The translations under genes and the position numbers were made by a program. Positions 59,175 through 64,000 of a DNA stretch of 64,000 nt are shown here, in pieces. Source of the stretch: Candidatus Gottesmanbacteria bacterium (GTDB lineage: Bacteria > Patescibacteriota > Microgenomatia > UBA10105 > UBA927); the NCBI GenBank assembly GCA_963809665.1, contig CAWEKC010000001.1, positions 222,219-286,218 of the forward strand, in the 5' to 3' direction. Within the stretch, counting starts at the first letter, position 1; the number at the start of each line of letters is the position of its first letter. Below the pieces are notes generated by a model. The model ran no database searches. It was given only the letters and a program-made list of their open reading frames with translations, and was not told the origin of the DNA.

Positions 59175-59207
59175 AAAAACCCCGCTTACGCGGGGCTCTT
59201 GTTTTTT
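59175..59207. terminator. Probable bidirectional terminator between uppP and the pilin gene
   Basis: AAAAACCCCGC-TTAC-GCGGGG-CTCTTGTTTTTT. Confidence 0.75.
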
Positions 59208-59224
59208 ACGCTTAATTCCTCTTT

Positions 59225-59719
59225 TTACCTGGTCACGGAGATATCCTGAGCGGCAATTTCAGTTGCCGGTGCAGTCACCGTTATGCGGTTATCGGCAGTA
59301 CTTTTGACGACCGTATAATTGGTGTCATACCCACCAACCTGCGCACAATCAGATACCGGCGTTCCGTTATTGGTCAACGGATCGACCGGAAGCGCGGCAA
59401 GATATTGGGTAACCAAAGCCGAACACAGATCAGCCTGCGGCGGAGTGGTCGTCTGATCAGACCCTATAACAGCCGCTCCCGTATCCGTATCCGGTATCCC
59501 ATCCGGCAACGCACCTTTATTATCAGCGGCGTACTGGTCAATCGCGTTTAGAATCGCGTTGACGTCGCTAGCTCGCTTTGTATCATTTGCCTGCGAGAAC
59601 TGTCGTGCAGGATTTATGGCGATTAAAGTAATTGCCAGCAGGACCGCCAAAATCCCGATGACCACCAAGAGCTCAATGAGCGTAAAACCACGACGCTCGG
59701 CGGGCAAGTAATGTTTCAT
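59225..59719 (-). CDS. Type IV pilin (candidate major pilin)
   Basis: RRG|FTLIELLVVI prepilin site, INP..Q..AND.KR, LPVDP, Cys pair; its own TTGACA lies upstream. Confidence 0.9.
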   Translation of the reverse strand: MKHYLPAERRGFTLIELLVVIGILAVLLAITLIAINPARQFSQANDTKRASDVNAILNAIDQYAADNKGALPDGIPDTDTGAAVIGSDQTTTPPQADLCSALVTQYLAALPVDPLTNNGTPVSDCAQVGGYDTNYTVVKSTADNRITVTAPATEIAAQDISVTR

Positions 59720-59759
59720 ATGTTTCTACCGTATCGTACCTATCAACTCATGTCAAGGG

Positions 59760-60434
59760 CTAGTGGCGGGTAAATATAACAACGATGAGGGCCAACAGGA
59801 GAACGCCGAATATGCTTACCATGATCATAAGACGGGGATTGTTCTTCTCTGTCGGTCCATGCGAAACCGGAACAACCACGTTCGGCTGGTCAGATTCCAC
59901 CATGTTTTGTGACACAAGCGCATCCAGGTGTTTGACGATATATGCCCCCATTTCCTTATCCATCCATCGTTTAGCCGCAAGGGTACCCAATAAGACCGCG
60001 GGAACTACGGCGGTCACATGATATCCCTGGAACATAAATGCGTGCCGGAGGCTTTCTATAAAATCGCGGTTCACGGCAACAGCGTGTTTTTTACCATCTA
60101 TGGTCAACACCCGGGTTGCAAGTTCCTCGAACGGGACGGAATTATAAAAAGACAGTATATCCGTCTCCTGACGGCTCTCCTCGGATGCTGTGATAATGCG
60201 TTCAAAATATGTCAACGGCGACAGAACAAAAAACAGCTGGGCGCCGCCCAGATTATTCTTGCTGAGCCACTGATTAACAAGCGTATAAAACCCGTCTTTA
60301 TTGACGATATCCAGATCTTTGGAAAATGTTGCGGGAATCTCAAGTGATAAAATGTCCGGCATCCTGCTGCTGTAAAACTGCAGGCGGTTCCGGTCGATAA
60401 AAACGACAACGCTGGATGGACTTTGTCCCAACAT
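59760..60434 (-). CDS. Hypothetical pilus-associated protein with C-terminal TM (possibly PilM/GspL-like)
   Basis: Translationally coupled (TAATG) to the pilin cluster. Confidence 0.5.
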   Translation of the reverse strand: MLGQSPSSVVVFIDRNRLQFYSSRMPDILSLEIPATFSKDLDIVNKDGFYTLVNQWLSKNNLGGAQLFFVLSPLTYFERIITASEESRQETDILSFYNSVPFEELATRVLTIDGKKHAVAVNRDFIESLRHAFMFQGYHVTAVVPAVLLGTLAAKRWMDKEMGAYIVKHLDALVSQNMVESDQPNVVVPVSHGPTEKNNPRLMIMVSIFGVLLLALIVVIFTRH

Positions 60435-60808
60435 TAAAAAATCTCCTTCCAACTCGTGACAGTAAATATTCCGCTGGAAAATGTCCCCTGTACTTGAATT
60501 TTCCTCGTGAAGCTTCCATTGACACCTGTAGAAAAAATTATCTTCGTACTTCCCCCTGTTACTACCACTGTTGCACTCCCTCCGTCTATCGTCAAGGTTT
60601 CACCGGCGTAGTTGGGATTTCTGATAAGCCTGATAAGTGCATTTTGTGCTCCTGCTTCAGCAATCTCCAGGGCGTGAATACTTTCTTCCGTACGGGTGAC
60701 GGATAACGAGTTTGACGCCACCACGGCAATGGCGGTCGTAGACAGCGTAATGGCAATGATCATAAAGAAAAGCAAAACAATTATGGCTTGTCCTGATTGA
60801 TTTTTCAT
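60434..60808 (-). CDS. PilX-like minor pilin
   Basis: SG|QAIIV, A..IAEAG..NAL, SWKE. Confidence 0.8.
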   Translation of the reverse strand: MKNQSGQAIIVLLFFMIIAITLSTTAIAVVASNSLSVTRTEESIHALEIAEAGAQNALIRLIRNPNYAGETLTIDGGSATVVVTGGSTKIIFSTGVNGSFTRKIQVQGTFSSGIFTVTSWKEIF

Positions 60809-60810
60809 AC

Positions 60811-61293
60811 TTAGTATTGTCCGATAGTTGCCGTAAAGTCTTGTGAACGAATACCGCTTGATGCGCTCACTACACCGGTCAGCGTTAAAAACACACGAAT
60901 ACTGGGTTTGCCGCCCACATTTCCATACCGGCGGAATGAAACATTGGATACTGTCGTCGCGTAACTATTCAGCGCTCGGCTGCCGGCCGGATCCGTTGTC
61001 GTCAAAGCAGTTCCCGTAAGCGCATACGTATACGGAAGTCCTGCAATAGTCAATCCCAACGTCTGTGCCTCTCCCCCGATAGAACTCGGAATCTCGATAC
61101 TGCTAGCTCTACTGATATCATAGGAAAGACGCAAAAAAATATACCGGCTGTCCTGTGTCAGGGGACCCGTGGACTCGCTTACCAGTTGTGTATCGAGAAT
61201 CTGGGTAAATAAATTCGTCATAATGAATAAAAATATCATAAGTAATGCGCAATATAGGAGAAATTCTACAATGGTAAATCCTCTGCGGTTCAT
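60811..61293 (-). CDS. Minor pilin (PilW/PulJ-like)
   Basis: RRG|FTIVE prepilin motif. Confidence 0.82.
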   Translation of the reverse strand: MNRRGFTIVEFLLYCALLMIFLFIMTNLFTQILDTQLVSESTGPLTQDSRYIFLRLSYDISRASSIEIPSSIGGEAQTLGLTIAGLPYTYALTGTALTTTDPAGSRALNSYATTVSNVSFRRYGNVGGKPSIRVFLTLTGVVSASSGIRSQDFTATIGQY

Positions 61294-63329
61294 GGTGAAA
61301 AATTAAATAGAATATCCGTAAGTGTCGGTGTCACGTTGTAATCCGTCGTCAATAAGTAGGCTCGATATTTAAGACATCTCCCGGGATTTTCATACCCTGC
61401 GCCGTCATTATTTAACGGCAAAGCGCTGGAAGTGGCAAATTTGGTATTTGATGTCCCGTCAGGGCCGATGAAGACGTAGGTTGCATCCGAACATTGTCCG
61501 CTGACGCCGGGATCTGCTATGGCAACCTGATACTGGATTTTTGTTTTTGCCGGATCCGGTAGGTCTGCGTTTGCATCAAACCGGTTAAATGTCGCAGACG
61601 AACCGATATCAAAAACCGATGACTCATAGGTGCCGGCTTCCAGATACGGGCCGTCCGGCCCTCCCTGAACGACTTTGAGCTTCCGCGGGTTGTCACCGGT
61701 AATGATATACGCATATGCATCTCCGTCTGATTCCCGCACTGCGGCTACACCATAAAGTCCTGTATTATACTGCATACCACCGCAGCGGGAAGGATTGTTT
61801 TCATTCGTCATATCCAGAACCTGATATTCTTCCCCATTAAGCCCAACGAGGATAACGCGGTTTTCCTGCAGGGAAACAACGACGGATTGTTCCGGATCCA
61901 TACCATTTGATTCGTACCCTCCACCGTTGGTACACGGGGGGTTGGTCGCGATACCTCCGGCAAGCTCAGGAGCCGTTTTGTTTTCAGTCTTGATAACAAA
62001 AAACTCCTTGAAGTTTGCATCATTGGTAGAAGAAATATACACGCGGGTTCCTGCAGGATTCACAAATATGGCTTTCCCTGACTCTAAGGTACTACAATTA
62101 TTCGGTTCTATGTTTATACTGCCAACGATTTTCCAGTGATTATTATCATTCGAATTGGTTACCTCGGCTATTTTAAGTTCTTCCACGGTACTACCCTGTA
62201 TGGCTATAAATGCGTAAATCGATCCGCTGAGGTTTTTAACATAAATTCCTCCTGCAGTGTCCCCAGAATTGGCAAATTGAATCCGCTTCCCGATTTTGGT
62301 ATGGGTACCGCTTCTCGTCGTAATATCAAATATATACAAATAATTCCCCGCGGTCAGATACGCACGGTTTCCTAACACAAAAACTGTATTCGCGTCAGTG
62401 GAATCACTATTGCCACCATCCGTTGTCGTATTGAGATATCCTTCTTGGTGATAGATTTTATTTGGTTGATCATCAAAGGTATTCAAGTTAATAATGACTC
62501 CCTCTTTCGTGTCGTTGCTTGTCGCAACATACGCCCACGATGATTCCCCAAAAACGTCATTGGTTTTGTATCCTTTGATTTTTCCGGCCAGACTGAATGT
62601 CGGCGGATCCGTATTGGCAACGAGGATATGGGCAAACGAATCCTGAGACGAAACCGCCTGTGCACCGGTCGACACATAAATATGGCCTTCCACAGCTGTT
62701 ACTGCATTTGGAGTACCGGGAAGATCAATCGTAGCACTAGAAAGCTGTGGTTTACACCACTGTCCTTTGGTGTTAGTTGAGATTTTCACCTCTCCACCTT
62801 GAAGATTCGTCACCTGTACGTTGGTCTTGATTCCTACATTAAAATCGTCGTACGAGCTTTGAATTAACGCAGTATTATCCGTTCTGCCCACAAAATACGT
62901 GGACTGAACACTCGATGGAATGAATGAATTCCATGAAACAGTAACTGTCACCTTTTTTGTAGAAGGATCCAGTATCCCACCGAAGGACACAATATTTCCA
63001 TTAGCATCACGATATACATCTTCGATGGTAATATATCGAGAAAATCCATTGACCGACTCGGTTCCCGATGCGAGTGACCAGGTGTTATTGATAAGTGCTG
63101 GGTGATACGTTCCGTTTGTAGAAATAAACGACCACCCTAGTTCTGATACCGTACGCACCGCAGTCTTTGCTTCCGTCGCGAGCATAGTCGCATCCAACCG
63201 TTGATTTTGCTGAACTTTCCCCTGCCGGGAAGCCACAAAAGAAAGAAGGAGTGCCGGCATCATAATTGCAGTAATAGCAAGCGCCAGAAGCACCTCTACG
63301 AGCATTTGGCCGTATGAATGATTATTCAA
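61290..63329 (-). CDS. Large pilin-like protein with long beta-rich (propeller-like) C-terminal region
   Basis: TTG start, YG|QMLVEVLLAL, KKVTVTVSW, repeated 'V.G..AY' type beta units. Confidence 0.75.
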   Translation of the reverse strand: MNNHSYGQMLVEVLLALAITAIMMPALLLSFVASRQGKVQQNQRLDATMLATEAKTAVRTVSELGWSFISTNGTYHPALINNTWSLASGTESVNGFSRYITIEDVYRDANGNIVSFGGILDPSTKKVTVTVSWNSFIPSSVQSTYFVGRTDNTALIQSSYDDFNVGIKTNVQVTNLQGGEVKISTNTKGQWCKPQLSSATIDLPGTPNAVTAVEGHIYVSTGAQAVSSQDSFAHILVANTDPPTFSLAGKIKGYKTNDVFGESSWAYVATSNDTKEGVIINLNTFDDQPNKIYHQEGYLNTTTDGGNSDSTDANTVFVLGNRAYLTAGNYLYIFDITTRSGTHTKIGKRIQFANSGDTAGGIYVKNLSGSIYAFIAIQGSTVEELKIAEVTNSNDNNHWKIVGSINIEPNNCSTLESGKAIFVNPAGTRVYISSTNDANFKEFFVIKTENKTAPELAGGIATNPPCTNGGGYESNGMDPEQSVVVSLQENRVILVGLNGEEYQVLDMTNENNPSRCGGMQYNTGLYGVAAVRESDGDAYAYIITGDNPRKLKVVQGGPDGPYLEAGTYESSVFDIGSSATFNRFDANADLPDPAKTKIQYQVAIADPGVSGQCSDATYVFIGPDGTSNTKFATSSALPLNNDGAGYENPGRCLKYRAYLLTTDYNVTPTLTDILFNFSP

Positions 63330-63801
63330 CCGATGTGACAACACCATATTGGTTAACATGTATTGTTTTGGACACAAAACTGTTCTGCTGATAGACGGTA
63401 ACGCTCGCCCGACTTGGGTCAAATCCCACAATCTCCCCGCTTTGTGATGCAAAAACTATGCTTGCGTTAGGTAAATTAATAACACTGAATATCGTACGTG
63501 TATCCAGCGCAATACTGCTATTGGAGGTGTCCGATGGGTTATATAGCGCCCCATGAAAAAGGATATAGCGGTTTGATTCAAACCGTACGCCGTAGGGAGT
63601 CGCACCTGCTCCGGCTGTAGTACTGGTCATTGCTTTGGTCTGTTGGCTTGAAATATCAACTACCACCTCATCAATAGTTGCCGAAAGAGTAGCGCTGTTT
63701 TTGAAACCCAACAGATTGATACTCATCATACCCAAGAGGGCGCCAAACAGCGCAAGTACGACAACGAGCTCAATAAAGATAAACCCTTTCTTCATGTGCA
63801 T
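63322..63801 (-). CDS. Minor pilin (FimT/GspH-like)
   Basis: KKG|FIFIELVVV, YGVRF. Confidence 0.82.
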   Translation of the reverse strand: MHMKKGFIFIELVVVLALFGALLGMMSINLLGFKNSATLSATIDEVVVDISSQQTKAMTSTTAGAGATPYGVRFESNRYILFHGALYNPSDTSNSSIALDTRTIFSVINLPNASIVFASQSGEIVGFDPSRASVTVYQQNSFVSKTIHVNQYGVVTSVE

Positions 63802-63803
63802 AC

Positions 63804-64000
63804 CTAATGTCCGCCAACCTGGCCGATGAGACCATATATCGGCGAAATGATAGCAAGCATCATCCCACCGACGAATATGCCTACGACAACCAGGAGGATC
63901 GGCTCAAGAAGCGCCGTGAGGGTTTTGAGTGTGTTGGTGACTTCATAATCGTAATATTCCGAGATATCCTGCATGGATTTATCAAGTGTGCCGGTTTTTT
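63804..64000 (-). CDS. pilC: Type IV pilus platform protein PilC/GspF, C-terminal fragment
   Basis: Manual translation: KTGTLDKSMQDISEYYDYEV...LTALLEPILLVVVGIFVGGMMLAIISPIY. Confidence 0.85.
   Translation of the reverse strand, partial: KTGTLDKSMQDISEYYDYEVTNTLKTLTALLEPILLVVVGIFVGGMMLAIISPIYGLIGQVGGH

Overview
Compact, gene-dense bacterial chromosome segment with very short intergenic spaces. The gene content points to a Patescibacteria/CPR genome, probably Microgenomates-like; this is an inference from the Pro/Thr- and Cys-rich surface proteins, short TpiA, PcrA and MetG, solo TraG/VirD4-like ATPase, paired FemABX and PBP1A genes, GapN and type IV pilin cluster. Main contents: surface proteins with a C-terminal IPxSG+TM signal, LCP, tpiA, pcrA, femABX x2, a UvrD/PD-(D/E)XK helicase-nuclease, rmuC, metG, tatD, a GT2/GT-C/WecA/UbiA glycosylation cluster, groES-groEL with a CIRCE element, tsaD, idi, a tRNA-Ile(UAU), an ATP-grasp enzyme, purine salvage genes, gapN, sod, two PBP1A genes, uppP and a pilin/PilC cluster. 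Highlights: (1) a B12 scavenging and use module (nrdR-nrdJ-pduO-[compact cobalamin riboswitch]-DUF4430 transcobalamin-like binder-DUF6580 S-component-like transporter), where the riboswitch basal helix lies in the last codons of pduO; (2) a window-wide pattern of -10 boxes about 6 nt before ATG, suggesting leaderless genes, with the -10 often built from the upstream stop codon; (3) a tRNA-Ile(UAU) separated by one base from the idi ATG; (4) a long structured, SD-sequestering leader on an RRM gene; (5) a Cys-rich loop in GroES. No CRISPR array, rRNA, integrase or transposase was recognised. All product calls come from motif recognition by eye, without database searches.
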